Shown piece by piece: positions 13,218-24,633 of a stretch of DNA of 64,000 nt. The translations under genes were made by a program, and so were the position numbers. The notes under the pieces were generated by a model. It was not told where the DNA came from and did not search any database. It saw only the letters and a program-made list of their open reading frames with translations. Origin of the DNA: Convolutriloba macropyga (taxonomy: Eukaryota); contig NC_134471.1 of assembly GCF_964194025.1 (NCBI RefSeq), positions 61,628,001 through 61,692,000 of the forward strand, read 5' to 3'. Numbering within the stretch: position 1 is the first letter of the stretch; each line of letters starts with the position of its first letter.

Positions 13218-14180
13218 ATGCAGTCAATGGAGACCAAAGCTTTGAACCCGGGCGTCTCCGTCGAGCTTGCGACTCTTCTGGAATTCATTCAAACTAGAAA
13301 ACTTTCAGAACTTGTTCATGATGCTCTAACTATAGTGGCTAATCGCCTGTCGGCGAACGTTCCTGAAAGGTTTGCAACTGTGCTGAAATCACCCTATTTT
13401 ATATCGTTTGTCTTATCGACTATCGATTTGCAGTTCCTGGTGGCCCATGATGCCACATTTGCGGAGAAATTTTATGGTTTACAAAAAGTTTCGAGCAATG
13501 GTATTTTATCAAAAACACGCGTGCTGTTGGCTTATTTAGTTTTCGAGCGTATTGTTCCATTAATAAGCGATTGGCTACAGAACGAAAACTCCCAGCTTTT
13601 AATGTCACGAATCAGTGATCATTTAAATTTTGACTTCAAATTTTATTTACTCTATCTCAAATCTTCAGTAGTTGTAGCAAATTCTCTTTTTGCCCTCACA
13701 TATTTATTAGAGTCATCGAATTATCCATCGCTAAATTTGTTTCTCAGTCGCTTTTTCTTGATTACAAGTATCCAAAATCAGAACCATTATCTGAGAAATT
13801 CAAATAAATTTCGGACCGTTTTCTCTGTAGCTCACTCGACGTCTAAAGTAATTCTAAAACTTCATACAGTTATTTCCTTTTTCATTCAGTTTCGAGATTT
13901 CTGGTCGGCTCAAAAGGCGATTGAAAATGAACAGAAAGATGTTACAGCTGAACGAATTCCACCTCTTCCAATTAAAGAAGATGAGATAAAAAGAAGTGAA
14001 ATTTCGTGCAACTCTTGTGGGAAAACTGGTGGAAATATCATCAACCCAGTGGCCTCTGAATTATGTGGTCACGTGTTCTGTTTAACATGTGTGAAAAATT
14101 ACTTGATCAGGTTTAGCAAATGTCCGAAATGTGCTTTAGGTTGTAACGTTAAGAACTTGGTGAAACTTATCGACTTGTAA
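13218..14180 (+). CDS. PEX12: Peroxisome biogenesis RING peroxin PEX12, single coding exon, 320 aa
   Basis: ATFAEKFYGL (Pex12 signature SF.ENFYGL), FFIQFRDFW (cf. FFLQFLDWW), Pro-rich IPPLP before a C-terminal RING ending LVKL. Confidence 0.85.
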   Translation: MQSMETKALNPGVSVELATLLEFIQTRKLSELVHDALTIVANRLSANVPERFATVLKSPYFISFVLSTIDLQFLVAHDATFAEKFYGLQKVSSNGILSKTRVLLAYLVFERIVPLISDWLQNENSQLLMSRISDHLNFDFKFYLLYLKSSVVVANSLFALTYLLESSNYPSLNLFLSRFFLITSIQNQNHYLRNSNKFRTVFSVAHSTSKVILKLHTVISFFIQFRDFWSAQKAIENEQKDVTAERIPPLPIKEDEIKRSEISCNSCGKTGGNIINPVASELCGHVFCLTCVKNYLIRFSKCPKCALGCNVKNLVKLIDL

Positions 14181-14237
14181 AGTGCTATTAGAAACTTAGT
14201 ATTTATTTGGTGCTCATTTTGTATTTTAGTCAAAAGC

Positions 14238-14248
14238 AATAAAATAAA
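14238..14248 (+). promoter_or_regulatory. Overlapping AATAAA polyadenylation signals of PEX12
   Basis: aataaaataaa about 58 nt after the stop codon. Confidence 0.6.
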
Positions 14249-14337
14249 TCATCTGCTTCTAGTTTTTGCGAACTTTGCAATTCAGTTCACATAATGTTCA
14301 TCGAAGGATACTCAGCATTGAAATTCTGAAGTCTTTC

Positions 14338-15424
14338 TAATAGCCGCCCTCATCTTCTCAGCCGGCTATTATAGCGCTCCTTTTTTTTACAATTCAAAGA
14401 ATTTGAATTGTATTGGGGCGCTGTCTTTTAAGATTTGTTCACACATTTTCATGATTTTTGAAGCCAAAGTGGAGTAGTGATTTTGGTCACAACGAGACGG
14501 GAAATGGAGCGAAAAAGCGAGCGGTTTTGCGGCGTGACTTTTTTTTGCTCTAATTTTAAAGTAGAGGGAGAAAACGGTGTTCGAACAAAAATTCGGTTTC
14601 TCGGTAGTGGTTTTTTGTTCACATGCGGCAATTTCACTCTGATTTTTGCTGTTTTTTCAATTTTTTGGATCGGATTTTTTTCTAAATGGTTTTCCCAATC
14701 CATTTACAGCTCATTCTAGGCCTAGGTTTTTGTTTGAATTGAGTTTTCATTTCTCGCTAGTGGGTTTTTTTGTTCACATGCGGCACTTTGATTTTGGTCT
14801 TGTTTTTTTCTCATTTTTTGTTCTGATTTTTTTAAAAAATGGTTTACTCAATTCATCCATAGTCTGTTCTAGGTCTAGTTTTTCTGTTTAGTCAATGAAA
14901 ATTCTTTGAATTGTACGTCAGGACTTGTCCTGCTATGTTTTTTACTTCGTCGAATAAAAAAATGTTTCGCTTTAACTCATTTTGCCGCTTTTTCAACATT
15001 TTGCGTGATATCTTTTTGACTTCTCTAGGCTAGTTTCTCTCTTCTCTCATTCCGCTAAAAGTGAGTTTGAACATCAGTTGCTCAGCAAAGCAATTCAAAT
15101 TGAACAGAGTCAGTATAAAAAATCGAAGTCAGAAGTAGAAACGGGATAAAGCCCAATTTTAGATGCCCGCTATTTGAACGTCGTTCCTATAAGTCTTAGT
15201 TACCATCTCTAACGCTTATTGGTATTGATAGTAGCCCCTGTAGCCTCTCTCTAAGAAACAGAAGTACGTTATGTTCAACTACGAAATGCCATCAAAATAA
15301 ATCAGACTTAGAAAATGTTTTTGTACAAAAATCTTTTTTTTCAATATCTTCTATTCTTTCAATCCCAATCATGCTTATTGGATTCAACGGCGGCTATTTT
15401 CTGGCAATCTGCCGGGTATGTTTT
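14338..15424 (+). mobile_element. Helentron/DINE-like element, family A
   Basis: taatagccg...ccggctatta 5' end; cggctattttctggcaatctgccgggtatgtttt 3' end. Confidence 0.8.
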
Positions 15425-16119
15425 CATTTGAACTGCACGAAAGGTTTTCATTTGAACTCCACGAAAGGTTTTTGGGTTTATGTTATTTAGTTTGTTCTTA
15501 ATGTAAGAATGTTCCCAAACATCTTCCATTTGGTTTTGAGTAGCTCTGCCTCTAATTTAAATAATGATTTTTATGCGTCAATATGTGGGAATTAATATGC
15601 TAAAACGTACTAATGAAAAATGGCAGTAGTTATATACCAGCCTCTAGTTTTTCCGGAAAGTACTGACTTTTTTTAAACCTTAGAGGGATAAATGAGGCAA
15701 CCTCTGGAAAGTTCCTTTAAGTGTAAATCCCACCCTTAAAACTTCGTACACCAATCTGCAATTTTTATTTTACTGAAATGGTCTATGGAAAAAAAGAGAA
15801 AGCAGTTTCATTGAAATATTGATAAAAATTTGCGTCCAGGCTTTGCAATTATTTGTGTTACTAATTTCAATACCATTATATTGTTTCACAGAAAGTGTTC
15901 GTGTTTCGCTTTTAGTGAATTAGTGTCACTAGTCTATGGTACCATATTATGAGCTGTTTGGTGGAATTTTGGTGTTTTTAATGTTAAAACGGGTTTTTGT
16001 GGCTGTATCATGCATTTTAAAGAAAAACTGTTTTGATAAGTTCAGATGACTTTTTAGTGTTATTTCATTTCTGGGTTTCTGTAATTATATGAGACTTGTT
16101 GCTATCTTTTTGAGCTCTT

Positions 16120-16616
16120 TTCAATTAATCTCAAACGAAATTTAAAGCAAATATGATACTCCTATGTTCTTTTTATGCGATTTTTCGCTCGACCGATTTT
16201 CGTCCGAGCCATTTGACTTTTCGTTCTCAAAAACGGGATGAGCAGGTAGTGCTCGAAGGGGCATTAAATGGCCGAGTAGCTCTCTTAGAGTCCTACGCCT
16301 CATTTGTCTCTAAGTATGCGATTCTACGAAGCTGTTTTGAGGAGACAATTTTAGGGTGTGGAGGAGACATTTCGGTTTAGGTTTGACCCCTCGACTCAAC
16401 GCCACCCCGACGCCCTCCTCCAACCTGGCGATTTGGACGTCCTCTCATCCAGCCCTCCTTCAACCCTATCCCCCGCTCTACCCCCATCGCTTAACCGCGG
16501 TAACCCCCCATCGCTTATTGCTAGCATCCCGAAGCCCTAGCTAACTACTAGCAAAGCCAACCGACTGTTCCACGGTCATTTTAGAGCAATTCACCCGACG
16601 TTAATCGGTTATGTTT
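16120..16616 (+). mobile_element. Helentron/DINE-like element, family C (C-rich core)
   Basis: Homologous to the reverse complement of 61486-61920; 3' agagcaatt + ccgacgttaatcgg + ttatgttt. Confidence 0.62.
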
Positions 16617-18961
16617 GTTCTCTTGGTGATAGTTAATTAATTTTAGATGATTCTGGCAAACTCTTCATCAGATTTGAGGGAAAAGTTTGTTTGCCTGTTT
16701 TTTTTTTCTTAGATTTCTCTTCGCAACCGGGATAAGTTTACTTCGCTATCGCAGTTTTTAACGGTAGATTATTTTTTGTTTTTGTGGGGACCCTGTTTGG
16801 GGGGGGGCTATATGGGGGCTATTTGTATGTAATATGTTAAAATGTTAACTATAACGTTATTGGCTGCACTTTTTAAGATTAAAGAAGGTCGCTGAATTGT
16901 TTGAACCCACTTTTTAGTCTATTAGTTTTGTCTAATTGTATGAAAATTCAACCTCTCCTGGCGAAAATGTATACAAGTCAGCTTTTGTTGGCCCATTTTG
17001 TCCAAACTCTGCTGACGCCATCTTTTGGAACTCGCACAAAGGCTTATTTTACTTCCGGTTCCTAAGAAATTTTTCAGGACTTGGAGTTTTGCCAGTTTGC
17101 AATTTTAAATCAATTTTCATCCAAAATGGATATAATAATCTGATGTATTTCGTTCTAAATTGTATGAACGGTCTCCTCTGTTTGCTTGGCTGGTAATGTG
17201 GTCAGTTCAAAGATTTTCATGTTTTTCTCAAGTTTTTTCCAGGACCTGTCCTGTTATTCTTTTTTCATGGCTTTCAAGACTTACAAAATTAAGTCTTGTT
17301 CAGGGTTTCAGCACTTCGATATTGCTGTTAAAGTAAAGTGAGAAACTGGTGTTTGAACTAATTTTTCTGTATTAGAGAGCGTTTAAATTTATTTGAGGCA
17401 ATTTGACTTTTCTGCCTTTTTTGGGGTCCTTTTGGCGGTCATTGAAATGTTTTAATGGTGAATAGATGCTTTTGTTTGAGTCAATCAATCGTCGGCTAAG
17501 TTGAATTTTGCCCTAGCGTATTTTGAAGTTTTTGAAAAATTGAATTCTGGTTTTTTGCAGATTTTTATTGTTTTCATTTGTCTTGTGTCTTAGTCTCACT
17601 ATTGAAATATCCCATTGGCGTTTTAATGAGGAATTTGTTAATCTTTACTAGTTTCAGATAATGGCCTTTTCTTTAACGGTTTCATGCTAAGTTTTCTTTT
17701 TATTTGTTTTTCTTTTGAATGTTTGTTTTTTTGTTCTTTTCACTAAGCCTCAAATTTGACAGCCACATCATTTTTGTCAGAAGGAGTGGATGATCATTAT
17801 CGATGTTTTGAATGGCTAATTATTACTTTTTAGTCTTAAACTTATTTTTTAATGTTTTTAATTTTTTACAGTTTATGTCGTCTTCTTGACAACTTGTAAC
17901 TTAGTCATAATAATGTAAGTTCCTAAAGGGTTTCATTGAATAATAAACTACTGTTTATCAGTTTCTGTTGAGGTCTAACTTTGATACTATCAATGATAAC
18001 AATTGTAATGACAATACTGAAATAATGACAATATTAATGACAGTACTGGAAAATTTGCTCAATAAATTTTTCATTCTCAAAGCTTAAAGGTCTCATCAAC
18101 TCTCCAGCGCTACTATAATTAATTGTTGAAGTGGCTCCTGATTGCACCTAATGTGTTTGGCAATGACACCATTTCTTTTAGTGATTTTCCAAGTTTTTTA
18201 ATCCACTTGCCTCTTTGTCGTTTGTGTCGCATTGTTGCGTATTGGAGATTAGAAACACCACTGGCTGGTCTCATAAGGCGGGGACGGATTATATTATAAG
18301 GTTGCTAGTGTTTTGGAGCCATTAATTTTCTAAGATGTTGATAGTTCTTATATATCCTCTTTGCTTTCGTTGTTCCTTTAGCGTAATTTTTTAACGCTTT
18401 CGAAGAAATGGGAGTTTCCGATTCCTTACATTTTTGTCTATTTTGGCGAGCGCAGTGTCATCTGTTTTGATGACTATCAAAAGCTGTTTTTTTGTTATGA
18501 AGCTTGGCAGTCACCTCTTTAGATTAAAATTTTGGATTGTGGTTCTGGACTTGTCTTCACATTTTTTAAATCAAAGGGTTTGCGTTGCTTGGCGGCACTT
18601 TCTTTTCTGCAGTCTCTTCACGACTTATCGACAGGTTGTAGTGCTTTTAGTCACGTCGGAGTTGAAAGGAGAGTGAGAAAATGAGTAGCTTAGATTTTGA
18701 AGTATTTCAAACCAATATAAAATGTCAGCGGACAGCTTATGGTTTTTGATCTTTGCTATGTCTTCATAATCTATTAGTTGAGTTTTGGTTCTAATTTTTC
18801 ATCTTTTGTCATTTCCAGTTGATATCTTTTGATTTTTTATAATTTTGTAACATTGTAAATCTCCAATTTTGGTGGTTGTTTTTAGTCCCGTCCTTATTTG
18901 TCGATCTTTTTGTTATATTATCTTTTTGAACTGAAAATTACAGTCCCAATGTTTTTCTAAT

Positions 18962-21279
18962 GAGACATAAACAGGTTTATTGTTCCGACCCCACTTGTGG
19001 GGGAAGGAACTATATACTCAAATGGGTTTTTTTGTTCAGTCAATTTTTGCCGATCGATATATTTATCGTAGAGAATTGTGAGTGTTATCATTAAAAAGCT
19101 CCTCCAGCCTAGAATTTGAAATTTAAAAGTTTTTGAATTTTATATTTCGAGGAGTTATCGAGGATTGAAGTTTTGTGTGAACACGTGATATTTGGTATGA
19201 TTTCAACACGTGATATTTGGTTCATTTTTAGTGTAGTTTTTTTTTCAAATTATGATCTTTTCTGATGATCTTTTTCGAATCAGTTTTGTTTTCCTAATAC
19301 ACTGAAGGTGAGAAAAAGACTAGTTCTGGTCTCATAGGAAAGTTTACTATTTAAAAAAATCGAATTCTAAAAGTAAAAACGGGTTTCGTATTGAGCATCA
19401 GTGAATCTATTCAGTGCTTTGATTGGACAGCTAATGGCTGTTAAGATTTTATATATGATTTTTCGAAAATTTTTTAAAAACATTAACCGATCATAAACTT
19501 ATTTTTGTATACTGTAAGTCAGCCTCACTATTGACAGGATCCCCTTCCTTTCTACGGCGACCAAAAGCAATCTGTTTAGCGGTTCTACCTTCTAACTATT
19601 GGTTTTATGACTTCAATGCCACAAGATTTCAAAAAAAATTTTTGTATTTTTGAATCGTTTTGAAATTATATCACATTATCCTAATCTAGATAGCTACCGT
19701 TGGTTTAGATAAGACGTTCATTGCATCATCGATAAAGAATCCAGAGAAAAGCTTTTAGTTTAAAGGGCTTCGAAACTTTCTTCTCGCACTTTTCTACTTA
19801 TTTTTTGTCTTTTGCCAGCATTTGTTGTTGTTTTCATAGTCATAGGACTTATTGTGATATCTTAATAATTACCCATGCTTGACAAACATTTTTGTCCTTC
19901 TATCGATTCATGACTGAGCGTATTTGTTGACTTCTGTTGAAAGCAATTAAATTTAATGGCTGTTAAGACTTCAAAAATAATTTTTCGAAGAAAATTTTTG
20001 GACTTTAACCAATCCTAAACTTATCGTCGTGAACTGTACGAACGTCTCAGTTATTACCGGAACTCCTACTTTCCTACTTCAAAAAATAATCTAATTTGCC
20101 GCTTTATAGTCTAAAAAAATAATCTAATTTGCCGCGAGAAATAAACAGGTTTATTGTTCCGACCCCAATTGTGGGGGAAGGAACTATATACTCAAATGGG
20201 TTTTTTTGTTCACTCAATTTTTGCCGATCGATATATTTATCGTAGAGAATTGTGAGTGGTATCATTAAAAAGCTCGTCCAGCCTAGAATTTGAAATTTAA
20301 AAGTTTTTGAATTTTATATTTCGAGGAGTTATCGAGGATTGAAGTTTTGTGTGAACACGTGATATTTGGTATGATTTCAACACGTGATATTTGGTTCATT
20401 TTTAGTGTAGTTTCTCTTCAAATTATGATCTTTTCTGATGATCTTTTTCGAATCAGTTTTGGTTTCCTAATACACTAAAGGTGAGAAAAAGACTAGTTCT
20501 GGTCTCATAGGAAAGTTTACTATTTAAAAAAATCGAATTCTAAAAGTAAAAACGGGTTTCGTATTGAGCATTAGTGAATCTATTCAGTGCTTTGATTGGA
20601 CAGCTAATGGCTGTTAAGACTTTATATGATTTTTCGAAAATTTTTTAAAAACCTTAACCGATCATAAACTTATTTTTGTATACTGTAATTCAGCCTCAGT
20701 ATTGACAGGATCCCCTTCCTTTCTATGGTGACCAAAAGCAATCTGTTTAGCTGTTTTATCTTCTAACTATTGGTTTTATGACTTCAATGCCACAAGATTT
20801 CAAAAAAATTTTTGTATTTTTGAATCGTTTTGAAATTATATCACATTATCCTAATTTAGATAGCTCCCGTTGGTTTAGATAAGACGTTCATTGCCTCATC
20901 GATAAAGAATCCAGAGAAAATTTATAGTTTAAAGGGCTTCGAAACTTTCTTCTCGCACTTTTCTACTTATTTTTTTTTGGTTTTTGCCAGTATTTGTTGT
21001 TGTTTTCATAGTCATAGGAGTTATTGTGATATCTTAATAATTACCCATGCTTGACAAACATTTTTGTCCTTCTATCGAGTCATGACTGAGCGTATTTGTT
21101 GACTTCTGTTGAAAGCAATTAAATTTAATGGCTGTTAAGACTTCAAAAATAATTTTTCGAAGAAAATTTTTGGACTTTAACCAATCCTAAACTTATCGTC
21201 GTGAACTGTACGAACGTCTCAGTTATTACCGGAACTCCTACTTTCCTACTTCAAAAAATAATCTAATTTGCCGCTTTAT
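18962..21279. repeat. Tandem duplication, period ~1174 bp
   Basis: 18962-20107 versus 20136-21279, scattered substitutions, 28-bp junction insert. Confidence 0.93.
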
Positions 21280-22620
21280 CTTCTAACTATTGGTTTGATA
21301 AAAATATATGCGCGAGTTTTCTTAAATTTTATGGACATTTGGAAAGTTTTTGGATTTATTTTTGGTTCTTCTGAAATCTCATGACATTGTCCTGTAAGTT
21401 TTAGTTCCAATTGGCTTAGAAAGGATGTTCAATTGATTATAGATAAAGTTTTCAAAGAACACCCTATGATTTAAATGGCTTCGACACTTTCTTCTTTCAC
21501 TTTTCTACTGAATTTTTGGTTTATGCCTGTATTTAATGTTGTTTTCTTAGTCAATGACTTATTGTAATGTCTTTTCGTATCGCTGACTTGTCAATGACCA
21601 ACATCCTTGTCGTCCCATGGAGGCGTAACTCATATGCTCCCAACGAATGTTTTTATTGCCTTTCGCTGAAAGCAATTGAGTTTAATGGCGTTGATACTAC
21701 CGGTCTTCTCAGAAATTTAGTGGTTTTAGCGTATTTGTTCATATTGATTGATATTTTGAAGTCATATTTGAAAACAAAAAAATCTCATACTGTTAAAAAC
21801 TTATTGGGTGATAGAAAAGTCATAACCGAAAAGTTGTTTTTTAATGGCTTCGACACTTTTCTCGCTCAATTTTTTTTTGATTTAGCGGTTTTTGCCTTTT
21901 TTAAAATCTTTAGGCAGGCGTAAAATGCTGACCGTTCTCAAAAACTTGTAATGGAGTATTGAAGGGTTGATGTTACCCGAGGCAGTCATTTTATAGCGAA
22001 AAGTCTCAAAGTATATGATATACATTTTGAATGATTTTAAACTTCTCAGTTTTTGTTGTTTTTTTCGTCAACTTGTAGCTTATTCTCATCATTGAGAGGT
22101 CTCATTCAATTTCTTGTTTTCAAAAAATTTAAATGTCCTGTGATATCTTGTCGTAACTGATGTTTTGTTTGTGGACAATATGCGTTTAAATAAAAGTTTT
22201 AGTGGTGTACTTGTGTTTCTTGTGTCGGCTTTGTTACCTAGTTTCATTAAGGAAAATTGCCATCTGCTGTATAGTATGGACAAAGTGAATTTGTGCAATT
22301 AAGGTTTTATATGATTGCATTTTGGCGTTGTTACTTGGTACGTTCAATTTTAGATACTTAGTTTTTGCCGTGAAATTTTTGTTTTTGCTTCTTTTGTTGT
22401 TTGTTTTTTTCTCGTAGTTTTTTCAATGAATGATCTCGTCTGCGTTGTAATGAGGCATGGCATTATGTAATTCAATAGGTAGTTAGGTTTTTAAACGTTT
22501 TTTTAATCTCAAACATCTATTTTTATTATCTCTTCATTTGGTTGACAATTAAGTCAAAAGTGTACATGAGCTCGGGTCGGAACATCATGTGCGAACGCAC
22601 ATTAACGAGCATCCTTGTTT
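18977..22620 (+). mobile_element. Helentron/DINE-like element, family B, with duplicated 5' 1.17 kb
   Basis: 5' ttgttccgacCCCACttGTGGGggaaggaac at 18980 and again at 20154; 3' gggtcggaaca + ATGTGCGaaCGCACAT stem-loop + ccttgttt. Confidence 0.72.
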
Positions 22621-22950
22621 AACGTTTACATTTGAAAGCTTTTAGTTTTCATGACTCAAACTATGTAACCGCATTAATGTAAGTAGATTTTTGAGTTTCG
22701 CCCGTATTTGTTAGTTAGCTTGTTGTGCTTTACGATAAGCTCAATAATCATAATCATTAATGGTAAGTCTATTGGATCTCTATTGAGGAAAATTTCATGT
22801 CTTGGAATGGTTTCCGCTTGTGTCTATAGCTTTAAGCGACTTTAGGACTTCTTGCATCAAGTATATCAGTGGTATTTCTAAAGTGGATGTCTAAAGACGT
22901 ATTATTTGAGATTTTAACGGTTTCAAAATTTAAGCAACAGTTTTGGTGAC

Positions 22951-23163
22951 TGTATAAACATATAAATTACTCAACGCATGTAATGACTTTTGATGTTACT
23001 CGCTAAGCCTGATTTTGTTCGATTGTGTAAACATACGCAAAATTTCCCGCTTAAAATTCACTCGCTTTGTTTAGCTACTAATTTCTCTTGATTCACAAGC
23101 CATTCAATTCAATATTTAATTCAATCCTTTATTTACATAGTAAACAGCTATCGCGAACGTACA
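22951..23163 (+). repeat. Extra LTR (duplicate of the 5' LTR)
   Basis: TGTATAAAC...GAACGTACA preceded by the same GTGAC and flank as the 24400 LTR; by eye 2 differences from the 3' LTR and 4 from the 24400 LTR. Confidence 0.95.
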
Positions 23164-23184
23164 TTATTCTGGTCCGCCGACAAA

Positions 23185-24294
23185 ATGAGCCAAGCAGCGT
23201 CTACAGAGACAAGTTCCAGAAGGAGGCGTGCCAATTCACGACAGCTCAACAAGATCTTTGATGAATGGGATAGGCTTAGCCAGCCATTTAACGAAGACGA
23301 GCTCAGATTGGCCCTCTCCGAAGCTACTGAATGCTTCAAAATTCAACAGCAACAAGACGAATCCTATTTGGAAACAGTGCAGGATGATCAGTACGATACA
23401 GAATTCGATCTGGTTCAAGACAAGCACACAGTAGTCCGCAAGAAACTATTTCAAATGGGAAAAGCCATAGACAAATTTTAGCTGCAAAAGGTGGACGAAA
23501 ACGTGACTATGAATACGTCTTTCGGAGTTGCAACACAGCACCAGCCGCATGTTGCAAAGCTACCACAGATACAGCTGCCCAAATTCGATGGCAAATTCAC
23601 TGACTGGATAGCCTTTATCGACCAATTCGATACAGCCGTGCACCTCAACACGAAATTGTCAAACAGCCAGCGACTTGTTTATCTAAAAAGTTGCTTATCA
23701 GGTCCCCCTGAAAAACTAATAAAAAGCCTATCATCAACTGACAGCAACTACGAGACTGCAAGAAATCTACTCGAGCAGCGATACAAAAACGATCGCATAA
23801 TTCTACGCACATGGCAAGCTAGGGCTGTTGATTTCAAGCCTGTGAGAGCAGAAAGCAAATACCGACTCCGTCTGCTACAAAGTACTTTCAATGAAGTAAC
23901 TCAGTCGATTCACTCACTTGGCCGACAAGTTGAAAACGACATGTGGCACTATCTTCTTTTCACAAAATTGGATGTCGACTCTCAGAAAGCATGGGAACTC
24001 AAAAATGAAGGCACTGAATGTCTTAAATGTGACGAACTGATGACCTTTCATGACAACAGAGTGAGATCGATGGAAATGCTAAACGATCCTATTCCCCCCA
24101 AACAACTGCACGTCACTGGACGGGATGAGCGATCGAAGCAAGGCTTCAAACATCCTTGTGTCGTGACTCAATGCAAGGAATGCCATGCTCCGTGGGCTTG
24201 CTCAAAATTCAAGGACCTTTCAGCGAAAGATAAGCAGTCTGCCATAGCCGCCAGTAAGTCCTGTCAAAATTGCTTGAGACTTAAGCGACTTTAG
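23185..24294 (+). pseudogene. Truncated duplicate of BEL/Pao gag (in-frame TAG at 23479-23481)
   Basis: Near-identical to 24634-25727; breaks off at CQNCLR and runs into duplicated host flank. Confidence 0.9.
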
Positions 24295-24399
24295 GACTTC
24301 TTGCATCAAGTATATCAGTGGTATTTCTAAAGTGGATGTCTAAAGACGTATTATTTGAGATTTTAACGGTTTCAAAATTTAAGCAACAGTTTTGGTGAC

Positions 24400-24612
24400 T
24401 GTATAAACATATAAATTACTCAAAGCATGTAATGACTTTTGATGTTACTCGCTAAGCCTGATTTTGTTCAATTGTGTAAACATACGCAAAATTTCCCGCT
24501 TAAAATTCACTCGCTTTGTTGAGCTACTAATTTCTCTTGATTCACAAGCCATTCAATTCAATATTTAATTCAATCCTTTATTTACATATTAAACAGCTAT
24601 CGCGAACGTACA
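24400..24612 (+). repeat. 5' LTR
   Basis: 213 bp, TG...CA, followed by ttattcTGGTCCG. Confidence 0.95.
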
Positions 24613-24633
24613 TTATTCTGGTCCGCCGACAAA

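Noticed and set aside
13218-14180. Calling the RING gene PEX10 or PEX2 because of its complete RING
   Set aside because: The N-terminal F.E.FYGL and FFIQF.D.W motifs are Pex12-type; the Pex10 TLGEEY motif is absent.
17900-18900. Minus-strand LINE reverse transcriptase remnant (NIIRPRL-like trace)
   Set aside because: Too decayed to support without a search.
23479-23490. In-frame TAG in both gag copies as programmed readthrough
   Set aside because: It lies inside gag rather than at a gag-pol boundary, BEL/Pao normally have one ORF, and the element has many other stops; a mutation predating the duplication is simpler.
22832-24399. A second independent or nested LTR insertion
   Set aside because: Host flank and TSD are duplicated with the LTR, which indicates segmental duplication.
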